Part shown: one piece after another, positions 52,407 through 64,000 of the stretch | Position numbering within the stretch: the first letter of the stretch is position 1 | Layout of the letters: each line of letters starts with the position of its first letter | From: Glaucostegus cemiculus | Lineage: Eukaryota | NCBI GenBank assembly: GCA_976551045.1 | Contig: CDPCPM010000012.1 | Span: 12,400,001 to 12,464,000 of the forward strand | DNA length: 64,000 nt | Reading direction: 5' to 3' | Program-made: the position numbers and the translations under genes | The notes under the pieces: generated by a model | The model's database searches: none | Told to the model about the DNA's origin: nothing | What the model saw: the letters and a program-made list of their open reading frames with translations, nothing else

Positions 52407-52835
52407 GAAATGCTGGAAATATTCAGCAGATCAGGCAGCATCCATGGGGAGAGAAATAAAGTCAATTGTTCAGGTCAATGAAAATATGTCAGAACTGGGA
52501 AAATTTAAGAAACAGGCACACTTTAAGTTCTGAGGAGGAGGGTGGATAGAGAAAAAATATGAATGATTGGCATCAACTAAGAGGGGTTGGTTACTAGCAG
52601 TTAGTCTGTCTGCAGGTGATGCAAATAGAGGGAGAATAGAGCAGAGATAAATAAACAAAGCAAAATCTTGTAAGGGTGGATAATGTTGGGTGTGTTTGGT
52701 GGATAGAGGCCATCTCTGGAGAGGGAGCTGGAGTTCTTTATTGGTTTGATATCCTCTCAGTGTAGAGGATCTCTCCTCATAGATGCTGCCTGACCTGCTG
52801 GGTATTTCCAGTGCCTTCTTCTCTCGTTTCATATT
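52407..52835. repeat. Long Penelope-derived element with inverted terminal arms
   Basis: gaaatgctggaaatattcagcagatcaggcagcatccatgggagaga (52407) and tctctcctcatagatgctgcctgacctgctgggtatttccagtg (52770-52814) flank a purine-rich spacer. Confidence 0.7.
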
Positions 52836-53109
52836 TTTAGAATACCCATTCAACAAGTGAGAGATCTCCGTGGTTAATTTTCCAACCCATTTCCAAGATC
52901 ATCCTCATTTTTACCCTTTGATTCTCAAAGTATCTTATCTGATGAACTTTTCATTTAGTTCCTTTTATAATTTGAAACACAGTGATCCCTTTATTTCATG
53001 ACAAACATATTAAGCAGGCACATGGCAAGTACTTGTCATTGACAATTTCTGATTTTTTGCAGATCTTTTCCCATTGTGCAAATTTTCTTAATTGTTCTGC
53101 AGTTGCAAT

Positions 53110-53432
53110 TAGTTCAAGCTCATGTTAAAGTCGAGTTTATTATCATGTGCACAAGTACGGTGAAAACCTTGTTTGCAGTAGTATCACTGACACATAGTTA
53201 CAGACAATTAATTATACACAAGTTATACAAGACAGTGAAGAGAGAGAGACTGTGCAAAAACAAGACCTTAGTGCAAAAAAGATACAATCACAAACATGTC
53301 CATGGCTGTGCAAGAGGTGACCTGTAGTGTTTCATTGCTGAGGTAGGATTAGGGTTGTGCAGGTTGGTTCAAGAAACTGATGGTTGCAGGAAAGTAGCTG
53401 TTCCTGAAAATGGTAGTGTGGGTCTTCAGCTT
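53110..53432 (-). mobile_element. Rex1-like LINE 3' end fragment
   Basis: gagtttattatcatg tail and ggttcaagaaactgatggttgcaggaaagtagctgttcctgaaaatggtagtgtgggtcttcag, paralogous to 43960-44040. Confidence 0.65.
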
Positions 53433-53559
53433 AGGTAGATGGAAAAAGATCTAGAAATTTCAGGGTGTGTTACTGTACTGAAAGTGAAGGAGAATTTCAT
53501 CGTTGATATCTGACTTTATTGACACATAGTTCCAGAGCTATGTTGTGGTTCACATTTGC

Positions 53560-53910
53560 CAGAATCTTATCATGGATCTTTTAGTGTTGGAGGACAGTGT
53601 TGTACTGCAGGTTTGTAGAGATTCTTTGTTTTATGGATATTAAATGTAAAACCTATCCTTTTGTACACTTTAGTGAATGAGTTAACAATAATTTGCAGCT
53701 CAGCCTCCAAACATATGCATATGCAGATGTGATCTGCATCCTGCATCCTGATGACTAAAGTTGCTTGACTCCAGTCCATACAGAGATTGGTTCTGTCATG
53801 GGCTTGTTGGTTAAGATCACGGCCTTCATGTTACAGATATAGGATGGAGGTGAATTTTTATGGGCAGATGAACTTGAAAAGGATGGTCTGCAGTCCCTCT
53901 TGATTGACTT
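53560..53910 (-). mobile_element. RTE-clade LINE RT fragment
   Basis: DADHICICICLEAELQIIVNSFTKVYKRIGFTFNIHKTK resembles RTE YADD...EAELQ.IV..F..AY...GLT.NI.KTK; upstream sequence resembles IL..F.CP.KF..IL. Confidence 0.65.
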
Positions 53911-55334
53911 CCCACCACAAAGTCAATGTAGCTACACCTATGAGCCCACTATATCCTTGAGCCAATGACAGGATGAGTGCTGTCATTTCCAAGCTAGGCT
54001 ATTTCTGTTGAAACAGCAATTGTTCTCTTGATCAGATTTTATTCTAAGAAAATAACTGCAGTTGCATCTTAAATCCTTCACTCTAATCCAAGCTGTTTGA
54101 GGAGAAAGTCCAAAGGAGATTTGGTAGGAAAAACTCAAGCTGGTATTGTAAGTTATAAAGCCTTTGGAAATGGAATAATTGAATTTGGGAGAGTGAAGTC
54201 CTTAAATGACAGTTAAATAAGGTACTGATTGCTCACAATAGACTACGATCTGGTGAGGCATGACTCCATTGGGGAGAGGAAGGTGCTGCTGATTAATACA
54301 ATCAAAGGTCACACTATAGGGTCACTAGATTTCGATCATTGTTCCAAGATAGGTTCAAACAAGACTAATTTTTGTTTCTCCTGAAGAACCCAAGTTCACA
54401 CATATTGAGCTTTTTAAGGTTAATGCATTCATGAAGCTTTCTCCAAAAGTTTATGACATTGAATCATCTCCCCTCCCCTTTTAGCAGTGATCATTGCCCA
54501 AGGCTATTAATGTTATTATTTTTGCAGTTGGTGTCAGGCAGTGTGTGGTGAACTACATGGACACCGATTTCACCACCTATTCTGCAGCATGCACAAACTT
54601 CCAGTCCGATCTTCAGACAGGCCAATAATGGTCAAAAGTTTCACCTTGATATTTAAATCTCTCATAGCAGGAAGCATTTTGGTACAAGCTGCCATTTCCT
54701 GTGATTCCCTCTAGGAATGGGAATGTGTAATGCACTTGAGTTCACTACATAATGCAGTTAATAAAAGCATACTGGGCTGACAGGAAGGCAGTATTAAAAC
54801 GAAGCATTGCTTTTTTTGAAAGGAAACACTTTGTGAAATTACTTGGCTTAACTTATCTACTTGTATCTAGTTTTAAAGCATATTGTCAAGAAATTGGTTG
54901 CTGGATTGTTAGTTGCAATGTTAATATTTTTGAAGACAGAAAAGCCATTAAGGATTTTTCTCTTTCTTTAATGCATTCTTTACAGGCAGATGGGGAGGAA
55001 GGAAAAAGAATGATAAAGAATGTCAATTTGCTTCAAAGAACACTCCCACATATACCCTTGCCTCTATTGGCAGAAATAACTCAGCATCTCAAGCAAAACT
55101 GCATCTCAAGCACATAATCATTAAGAAGGCAGCAGCAGAACTGTAAAATCTCCTCAGATATGCTGACCTCCAGTCGAGCCCTGCCACAGGGAATGCTGCA
55201 GTTGCCAAGATTATCACAATCATGACCTTAAAAGCTCTGACACATTGCAAGAAACATCAGTCAATCTGCAAAAGCAGATATATGAAGCAGGCAACAACTG
55301 CACAATTCACTGAAAAACTAATAATTTAACAATC

Positions 55335-55452
55335 CAGTTCTGATGGAAGGTCATTGACCTCAAATGTTGACCTTTTCTTTCCTCACAGATGCTATCTGAT
55401 CAGTTGAATAATTACAGCATTTTCTTGTTTCTATTTAAGATTCCAACATCCG
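55335..55452 (+). repeat. Penelope-derived arm with degenerate hammerhead core
   Basis: cagttCTGATGGaaggtcattgacctCAAAtgttgac...cacagatgctatctgatcagttgaataattacagcattttc; perfect stem II AGGTC/GACCT. Confidence 0.65.
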
Positions 55453-58400
55453 CTTTTGAAATAATTGAATTACTTTTCCTACACATAACTGGCAACAGAA
55501 TGGAATTTTGTGTATGTTTCCTTCTGGCTGAATTTCCTAATGTCTATCGATTGAATGCTGAGAATTTTATCTTTCAGGTGACTGTATACAATCCATGCTC
55601 TTTGTGAACTTACACTTTGTCAGTGTGTAAACCTTTTTCAGACATCAATGCCTGCTTGCAGGCTTTTATGTTGTGAAAGGTGGAAGTTTTCGGATGACCC
55701 TAAGAAGACTGAGAGCATTCTCCTCACTGCTAGCTTCTGACATTCTTGATACAGTAGTAGGGAGACACAAAATGAAGTCCATCTGGGATATTTTTACTAA
55801 GGACAGTTGAAAGGTCTGATGCATCATTTGAGAAACCAGGCCAGTTCAGGGTTTGTTTTTATTGAAGAGTCACTTGGAGACCAGAACCGTAGGTGTAAAG
55901 AGCCTTAATTCCCTCAGTAGACAAGTTATGCATGAAAGGGAGATCAGGCGGAAGAGCCTTTTCAAGAATCAAACTGCAATGAATTTTCTACCTTTTGGAT
56001 ACAATGATAATACATAATAGGTGATTGACAGCCCATCAGATGATAATTTCTGGTAATATTAGGTAACCAGGTAGCTATTCTGGAACCTGCCATAGTCCCA
56101 TCTATAGTTTTGAAACAGAAGGCCCCTATTGCTATTTAAGATAAATGCTTGTTCTATTCATACCTAGTCTCTTCTATTAGTGGTAGTTCTTATCCATCTG
56201 GTACACTGGTAGTGGATTTGCAGTGCACATATTTCTTTTCCCATCATAACCTGGTTGCTGATCTCCAAAAATTTGCATCTAATAGGACTTTGATCTATTG
56301 TTCTCCCTTATCAAGATCTCATCAGCGTATTGTTCCTGGGAGATTCAATGGACCTCTCAAAGCATTGATTGGATTCCTGTTGATACCACCCTTTGTTTCA
56401 TCCATCTCCATGTTTCCTGTTCCTTCGATCAATTATTCCAGAGCACCACATGGTTATGTCACATTTGCTCTGTCGCAATAATGAATAAACATGTCGATAA
56501 ACATGTACACGTTGAAGAATCAGTAATTGTCTGCATAAATACCATGGTTAGTTTCCAGGGCCACATGTGTTAAGTGGCTGCCTGCTGTGTAAACACGTAG
56601 CGGGCATTTGTATAGAGAATGGTCTTTGTTTACACAGGTGAACCCCAGGACTTCAATGCTGACTATTGCTTGCAAGTGTCAATATGAGACTTTCATTCTA
56701 TGATATAACATAGAAACTGAATGGAAGTAGTTTGAAGTGCAGTTCTTGCTTTTTTATCAATGGTTCCTGTATTAACTATATACCCTATAACAATGTGTCT
56801 CTACTCCCTAACAGTGTAGGCTTATGACAAGAAGGCCACTGATGTTGATGACAGACCCTATAGCTCCAACCTCCAAGACAGTGTAAAAAAGGACAGAACA
56901 ATCCAAAAATAGGAGCAGAGAAAGCACACAGAAATACTCCAGCTGAACTACCTTTGTGGAAACAAAGTGTAAACAGTAAGCAATCATTGTCAAGACTCTC
57001 ACTTGTGCCTCATCTGCAACTGAATGAATAATCTTTCACCCCGTCAAAACATGCCAGGTTTTATTGAATAGCGTGGCCATGGGAGCTATTCCATGTAGTT
57101 AACATGAACAATAGAAACTTGATTTCCATTTACTTCTGGGGAAGCTGTCTTGAGTCTGCAATAACACTGCAATTATTATGCTGGAGGATGTAAACAGTTA
57201 GATTACTACTTGGATTTTAAGCCTTGAACTGGCCAGTTTGCACTAAAGATGGAATTAAAGTTCTTGGAATAAAAGCAGAATATGCGAGAATCTCATATGA
57301 CCTTTTTCCCAGTTGCTGTCAAGGGTGGGAGCTTGCTTGAGGTTCTGTTGTGTCTTCGCTGTCTTTTCTTTTTTGATTTTACACGATAACTACGTGTGAG
57401 TAAATAACGAAAGGAAAACAATTCCATTCATAAGAAACCTTAACAAGTTTAGTATTTCCATACACAGTAAATTATACAAAAGCAGTCCTCAAAAAAAACC
57501 TTGAAACAAACAGAAGATGCTGGAATAAAAACAGGCCAATTTGACACTGATGGTGTGTCAGTGGTGAAAAATTATGAGCAATTTACCGCTACCATCAATG
57601 TTCTTTTTGATTCCTTCTTTTATGCAGTACCTTTAAATCACAAGAACACATTGCATCTGGTAGTTGGTCTCCTCTTTATTCCTGATTAAGTTCCTCTAAC
57701 ATATTTCAATTAAAAAGTCCAACTAGTGCTATCTAACATCCAGTGATTAATCCATCTCCAGCAGGTCCTCATCTCCCCTTTTACCATGGCACAAATGGTC
57801 AAATTTGCCTTCAGATGTAGCAGCTTAGCTTTGAATTTGATTTTTCTTCCCCTTAGTTCCACTGCTGTTTAGTAATTGATGAAAAAAGTTCTTTAAATAA
57901 ACTTAAAATGTATGCTGATAAACAAAGCACATTGAAAAAGGGCAGAAACATAGGAAATAGTGAGATGGAAGAACACACATGGATTTCAGAGCAGTGGAAG
58001 AGATCCTCACACATTCAGTTCTTATTCCTAGAGCTGAAAGTCCAGGAACATTAATTTCTTCCTCAGCATAAACTGACAAATTCAAGGCTTAAAATCCAAG
58101 TAGTAATCCAACTGTTTTCACCCCAAACTCAGTTCTTAGATTGGATTGGATTAGATTCTGGTGATGATAAGATTTAAAAGTTTTCAAACTAGATCCCAAC
58201 CTGCCCACTTCTGCTTTTAACTGCCTGCATTGATTTCACCGTCTCCTGCTCCTAAATATCATTGATTTTGGTTGTTGTGTTTCATTCTCACATCTCTTTT
58301 GCCACCCAGCTTCCATTGTAAAATCACCCACTGCAACTTTCTAATCAGCTCCCAATTAGCTACCTCTCCAAAACGGTTTCTGAGTTTTCAGATTGTCCAG

Positions 58401-61089
58401 GTTGAAAGTCTGTATTGGGTCCACCCTGATCACTGGCAACGATTAGGATATTTTTCCATTCAGCTCTGCCATAAGTATGTGAACTGAAATATCCTCAATT
58501 TGCACCTGAGACCATCTCTAACACATCCCTTGGGCACCTCACCCATTACATCCCAGTCTTCCTCCTGGATTTGGCACCCATGTTTTTACACCCAATTATG
58601 CCTCTGTGAGCATTTTGCTATATTCTTGCAGGTCTTTGTTGTTAACATATTGAAGCTCAATCCAATGTCCGTGGAAGATCAAAAATGACTATGGTCATCT
58701 CATTCATTACAACTACAGAGAAGTGCTCATTTCCGGAGTGTGATCTTAATCCTTGTTTTATTCTTTCATGGGATGTTGGCATAGGTGGTGAGGCCTGTGT
58801 TAAAAGGTGCTGGAGAGTCTCCCTGAACCACTACAGTCTTTGTTTCAGGAATTTTGTAAAGAGACAATTAAAAGACAGTCATGTGCGTGCATGTCAAGAT
58901 GGTGTGCTGCATGTTGTAATGTTCCCATAGTCAAACTACACTTGTTTGCAAGTGAGCTTGATCATGGGGTTAGAAGTTGCAGTGAAAGAATTTAAATAAT
59001 TCTATCAAACAAAAATTCTCTGCCACTAATTTGCTAGCCAGCAGTTACTCAGTAGCATTTTAACATTTGATGAGTACAATGGCAGTGTCAAGTGTGCACT
59101 GAACCATTCAGCTCTGGGGAAATGCAATATATCTTACTGATACTTGATAGTTTAAGAAATTCTGTACTTTGCACCCTTGAAATTTTGCAGTGGGATTTGA
59201 TGGTTTAAAATCAATGGAATCTGGCAGATGAGTAAGTAGCTGCATGTGATAACAAGTATTTTGTGTGTCAAAATACATAAGGCCTCTTTAGTTATTCTTA
59301 CTGTCTTTGAGCTCAAATGCAAACTTCATTCTTTTTAAACAAGCTTTTCGAGTAAATGCTGTATCCTAAATGCAGCTTAAGTTGTTGCTTCAATATTCCA
59401 TTTAAAATGTTTTCCTTTGAGTAATATAAAAGTTGGTATTTTCAACTATTCAGTCTTTTCCACTGTCTTATTTAACCAGCTGTCGAAGAACTTACCCACC
59501 CAACCCCCCCCAAACATGTTTTCAATGCATCCAATAAAATTGTAATTTACTTATATTGTTTGTTGTGAAGGCCTTCATTTCTTCACATATTCAATACATA
59601 ACATTTAAGTTTAAAGAGTTTGACTTTCTTGATAAATAGCTCATTTATCATGGAATAAATTTCTTATTTTCTGGGACTTCCACAGCACTTTTAACACTTT
59701 AACTTCACTTGTTGAGTATTATTCTGCTCTTTGTAAAGCATCTTGATTCCAAAGTGGCAAACTGTGGAAGTTTTAGTAAAAGTGCCCTTTGAGTCTGTGA
59801 CTATTTTTCTCACATGGTTTCATTAAGACTCTTGACAATGAGAATCCATCGCTGCAACCAGTGAATGAAGAATGAGCTTTTTTAAAAAAAAAGCAATTTG
59901 CCCAGTTGTCAAGAAGAAAATGGCTTCTGTCTGACTGTGCATCTGGAGAAGCAGATGCACCTCACCAAAGCTTTTATTTTTTATTGTTGAGAGAAAATTC
60001 CTTTGCATGGGAAAAAAATCAATGCAAGCTTCCTGACTGACTCTGAACAAAGGAGGAAGCCAGATGGCAAGAGACAGGTGGCAACTTGGATTCAATAGAC
60101 TGAAAGGAAAAACATAACCTTACAACAGATTGGATGTTTGGAGTAGCATGTCCTTCTTCAACCTCGCCACGACAAACTGCTCATTGTGATGCTTAAATAC
60201 CCTAAATCTGGCTTTTTATCTTTCAGATTAAACACATTTCTGATTCTCAAATACAAGACTGCACTTCTCCACAGTCAAAGCTGGGAATGGAGCTGACCAT
60301 AAGAAGTAACAGCCTTTAAAACAAACTATCAATATATATGATGACTAAGTGCCCTCTGTTGAAGAAGCTTTGAGGATAGCCAAATATACAATGCATATAA
60401 AATAAGAAGACACCAATTTGAATCCAAAATTGCCCATTGAATTAGTTCCTGTCATTTAAACCTAGCACAGTGTAAGCTTGTGTCTTGGAAGATAGAAAAA
60501 TTGGACAGTGGATTATTCTGTTACAGTTGCCTATCCTTCAGCAGCCATCTAAATTATATTGCTGTTCAAGACTGTGAAAAAAGACATCTATTTGTTTTTC
60601 TGTTCAAAAATAATACATGCCGGTAAAAGAGGGTCAAATGCAGAAGAAGATAACTCAGGTGAAAAAAAAGAACACATTTTCATTTTGCTTTACAACTAAC
60701 AATTAAATTAATCATTTGTGGTGATATTTGGCAGGCTGGAAATTTCAATTTTAATCTTCCCTTTCATGCAGCAATTGAAACTGTCTCACATAGCTCAGAG
60801 TACCTTATTTCTTCTATAAACAAACCATCAAGTGAATTCAAGTACTATTGTTCAGATTGTGTCACGAGAAATCTGATATTGTTGCTAGTTTATTCCTGGT
60901 ACAAATTATTTACTGGATTTATTTTTTGTAGCCCCCAACTATGATCTTATAGATTAATGAGGCAAATAGATGTTGGACACAGATGCCATCAATTTCTTTT
61001 AATGTCCATGTTGACTGATAATCTGTGCATTGAGTGTAGAAAGCACATCTACAAAATGTTGATGGTGGGCCTCCCAGTTCCCTTTTCAT

Positions 61090-61385
61090 TATTCATTCAT
61101 TTTTCAGGATGCGAGCACCACTGCCAAAGCTAGCATCCTTAGCTCCTCTTGAGAAGATAGTGGTGAGGCATCTCTTTGATCTGCTGCCATCCTTCTGGTG
61201 AAGGTACACCCACAATGCTCTGAGTGGGAGTCTTCCAGGACGTAAACCAAGAAGCAATGAAGGAATAGCAATAAACTTCCACATCAGGGTGATGTGCAAG
61301 CTTGTGGGGAACCTCCAAGTGGTGGTGTTCCTACGTTGCCATTGACCTTGGTGGTAGATGTTATGAGTTTGGGAAATTTCTGTAA
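61090..61385 (-). mobile_element. LINE 3' end (CR1/L2-group) sharing its tail with the 2282/35040 SINE family
   Basis: cttgagaagatagtggtgaggc...ggtgaaggtacacccacaatgct...ttccagga is a reverse-complement paralog of 63730-63890. Confidence 0.6.
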
Positions 61386-63559
61386 TATTTTTGCGAGGTC
61401 TGTGTCAAAAAAAAGGGAAAACAATGCAGTATGGAGACTGTTGTTCAACTCTCTCTCCTCTAACTGAACGAAAACATTAGGTTGGTTCAGTGTTACTGCT
61501 GAACAAGTTAATATATTCCAGGATAATACATATGGGAACTGCTACATAGTGGCTTATTCAGATTTACTATCACACAAAAAAATGCTTTGGGCAAATGAGA
61601 ACCTCTCATCAAAGAAATTGAAAATACATAATGACACACTGTCATTAATATAGTGGTGTAAAACAATCCAATGGTTCAAATTTACTTTTGCCTTATCCAA
61701 AGGTGAAAAGACAATTATCAGAAGTAAATTGAAACTATTACTAACCAAATTCAAAGTATTTATGTACTTCTTGACTGGAGTAGCAGATGCAATTTTAAAA
61801 CTTGCCTTCTGACTATAGTATCAGATTGCTTCTGAAAAGCAGAGAAAATCTTTGTGTTTGACTAATTAGTACAGCTTAAACCCAATCGCCAGATTTAGTC
61901 ACAGTTGGCGGTAAAGGGGGACACATTCATAATTTAATAAATTATCAGGTTGTAAAGATTGGAAATCAGAGGCAGACATTTTGAATAAAGCATGGGAGTT
62001 TACAAGGTAAAGTCTACATCAAAACCTTGCCAATAGGGCAAGGATTTAAATATCTGACAATTCTGAGCTCAGAATCTTATATCTTTCTGAATAAACCATT
62101 AGTTTTTATGCATTACTTCTTTTCTCACTGTATGAAAATCCATATAATTCTGTTTTACTTTTATTAAGATACAATGTTAAAAAGAAAGCTAATGGATATT
62201 TTTTACACAATAGGTTTTATTTTGTTCCCCCCCTCCCCCCCCCCACCCACTCTGTGACGTTGTAACCTACCTGTATTTTTACTCTTGTTGGAGGGAATTG
62301 CTGTTCTATTTGGGAAATCTGGTGAGGGAAGTCAGCTAATGTTTTAACTCCAGATATTTTGAATCCTTGCTCCTGGTATTACTCAACTTCCACCAAGCAT
62401 GGATTAGTATCTTCCAAATGATGTCAGGACAAGTAGTCAGAAGAGTCAGTTCTTTATTGTGTGCCAAGACCAATTCTATAAATGTACAAATGTGAGCATT
62501 TTCTTTCTCATAAGCTCAGACAGAATATCGTCTTTGGTCTGAAATGCATAGTGATTATGTTTGAGGCCTTTCTGAAGTGCTGAAGTAGATTTGGATTGAT
62601 GCGCCGGTAGATTTTATTATTCCCTTTCATCACAGCTTTGATTGAAGTTAGTTGTAACACTGACCAGTGCAAGAGCATTTCTATCAAAAAGCTCATTAAT
62701 GTGCTTCATGACAAGCTTTTTTTTTAATATAGCCAACAGTAGTTTTATGGCTCACAATTTTGTAGGTGAAAGCCCGGAGTCAATTTGGAGTCACAAAGTA
62801 TTTTCTAATTTCTCCTTCTCTCTTAAATCCATCCTGGTACCTGGTTACAGCATTGTGTTTAGTGATTTTGATGTATTTTGCTCTCATGATTCACTGTCAC
62901 AAGTTGTAAATGTTGCATTACTCTAGAAACTAGAACATGTCCACATTGACTTAGCAAGCTCTGTAACCCAGTGCACTGGATTTTTGTGGATTTTCAAAGT
63001 TAACCCTTACTTTTCTTAATGGTTTCTTTTTAAAATTGTTCAGCATAAACAGTGTAGTATCAAAACCTTAAAATTTATGAAGTAGCCTGTGGTATTTTAT
63101 CCTTCAGTTTAACACTGCCAGCAGTACCACAGCCTAGTGACCCTTGACTTCACTGTAAAATACCCATTGGCATTTGGCACATAAAGTCTTATAAATTTGA
63201 ATTTGCATTTGAGAGAGATCTTCCAACCCTAAGTACATGAGATTCATAAATTTGTACAAATAAACTCAAGGGTACTCAGTGTTCAACTTTCAATTCTGAG
63301 GGAGAAGCTTTCTCTATTTCTTACCTTGTTTGCAGTTCTGACCCAAAACAAGACTCATTCCTTCCTTCTTGTCATCTCCTGCAGTATTTCCAGATCTGTG
63401 GAACATGTGATGTGATAATGTTTAAGACTCCTTTGACGGTACTACAAATCTGCAGCCTCTACATCATAGAAGGACAAATACAGTAGGTCCATGGGAGAGC
63501 AATGACTGTAAATTCCCCTCTGTCTCTTCATGTGTACCCCTCCCCACCTTGGAAATATA

Positions 63560-63724
63560 CATTGTAATATTTGTACTTGCAAAATTTTTTTGTCTACATT
63601 TATTGTATGTCCTCTGTTCTATGTATGTCCTCTGTTGTGTGAGTCTGGGGGAAACGGCATTTCGTTCCTCCATGAGCTTTTATAGCATATGGATGAATGA
63701 CAATAAAGTATAACTTGACTTGAA
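63560..63724 (+). mobile_element. Rex1/L2-type LINE 3'UTR with microsatellite tail
   Basis: gaaacggcatttcgttcc...gaatgacAATAAAgtataacttgacttga; internal duplication tgtatgtcctctgtt. Confidence 0.55.
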
Positions 63725-63729
63725 CATTC

Positions 63730-63895
63730 CTTCATCATGCTTGGGTCAAATTTTTAGAAGTCCCAACCCAATAGCATTGTTGGAAAACTTTCACTGGAAG
63801 GACTGAAATAATTATAGAAAGTGACTCACTGATACCACCTCAAGGGCAATTTGCTGGCCTTGCCAATGATTCCCACAACCAATAAATGAATGCAA
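63730..63895 (+). mobile_element. LINE 3' end (same family as 61090-61385)
   Basis: gggtcaaa...cccaatagcattgttgga...ggactg...ccacctcaagggcaatttgctggccttgccaatgattcccaca...aatgaat. Confidence 0.55.
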
Positions 63896-64000
63896 ATAAG
63901 AAAAACAAAAAAATGTAACTTCTTTCTCTCAACTGGTATCAAATCATGTTGCATGATACTTGGACTTTGTTTTCTGAATATTATATGACAGCTCAACATA

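Noticed and set aside
56585-56637. Possible miR-30-like precursor (TGTAAACA...TGTTTACA)
   Set aside because: Only 11 bp pair. The sequence after the seed (CGTAGCGG) is unlike miR-30 (TCC...), and the interior does not form a continuous ~30-bp stem.
62642-62926. 94-aa plus-strand ORF rich in S/F/L
   Set aside because: Starts at TTG, has no known motif, and its composition suggests antisense of purine-rich sequence. The minus strand is treated as a finding instead.
62450-63395. Selenoprotein-like multi-TGA ORF
   Set aside because: The frame also contains TAA stops and I see no SECIS-like element. Decay or chance is more parsimonious.

Overview
Vertebrate genomic DNA, most likely from a cartilaginous fish (shark or ray), judged from the repeat repertoire: CR1/HER1-like LINEs, HE1/V-SINE-like and DeuSINE-like SINEs, and Penelope-derived palindromes. 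The only intact protein-coding sequence is the single-exon ORF of LRRN1 (30824-32983, +), a neuronal LRR-Ig-FN3 transmembrane protein. It is preceded by a splice acceptor at 30605 and a leader crowded with uORFs, and followed by a ~600-nt 3'UTR with two AATAAA signals. The GC-rich first ~600 bp probably hold the promoter and non-coding exon 1, which would imply a ~30-kb intron. The rest is AT-rich intronic/intergenic DNA with decayed transposons: CR1, Rex1/Babar, tandem Tx1-like LINEs, RTE, a Gypsy gag-protease remnant split by later insertions, and a probable Harbinger remnant. Several transcription-factor motif clusters may be enhancers. The most interesting non-obvious signals are (i) a dispersed family of palindromic elements carrying minimal type I hammerhead ribozyme cores, one nearly intact (47475-47512, -), and (ii) a candidate spliced convergent transcript or decayed gene at 62450-63395 (-). 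I see no evidence of a wholly new multi-gene system. Repeat family names come from motif recognition by eye, not from database searches.
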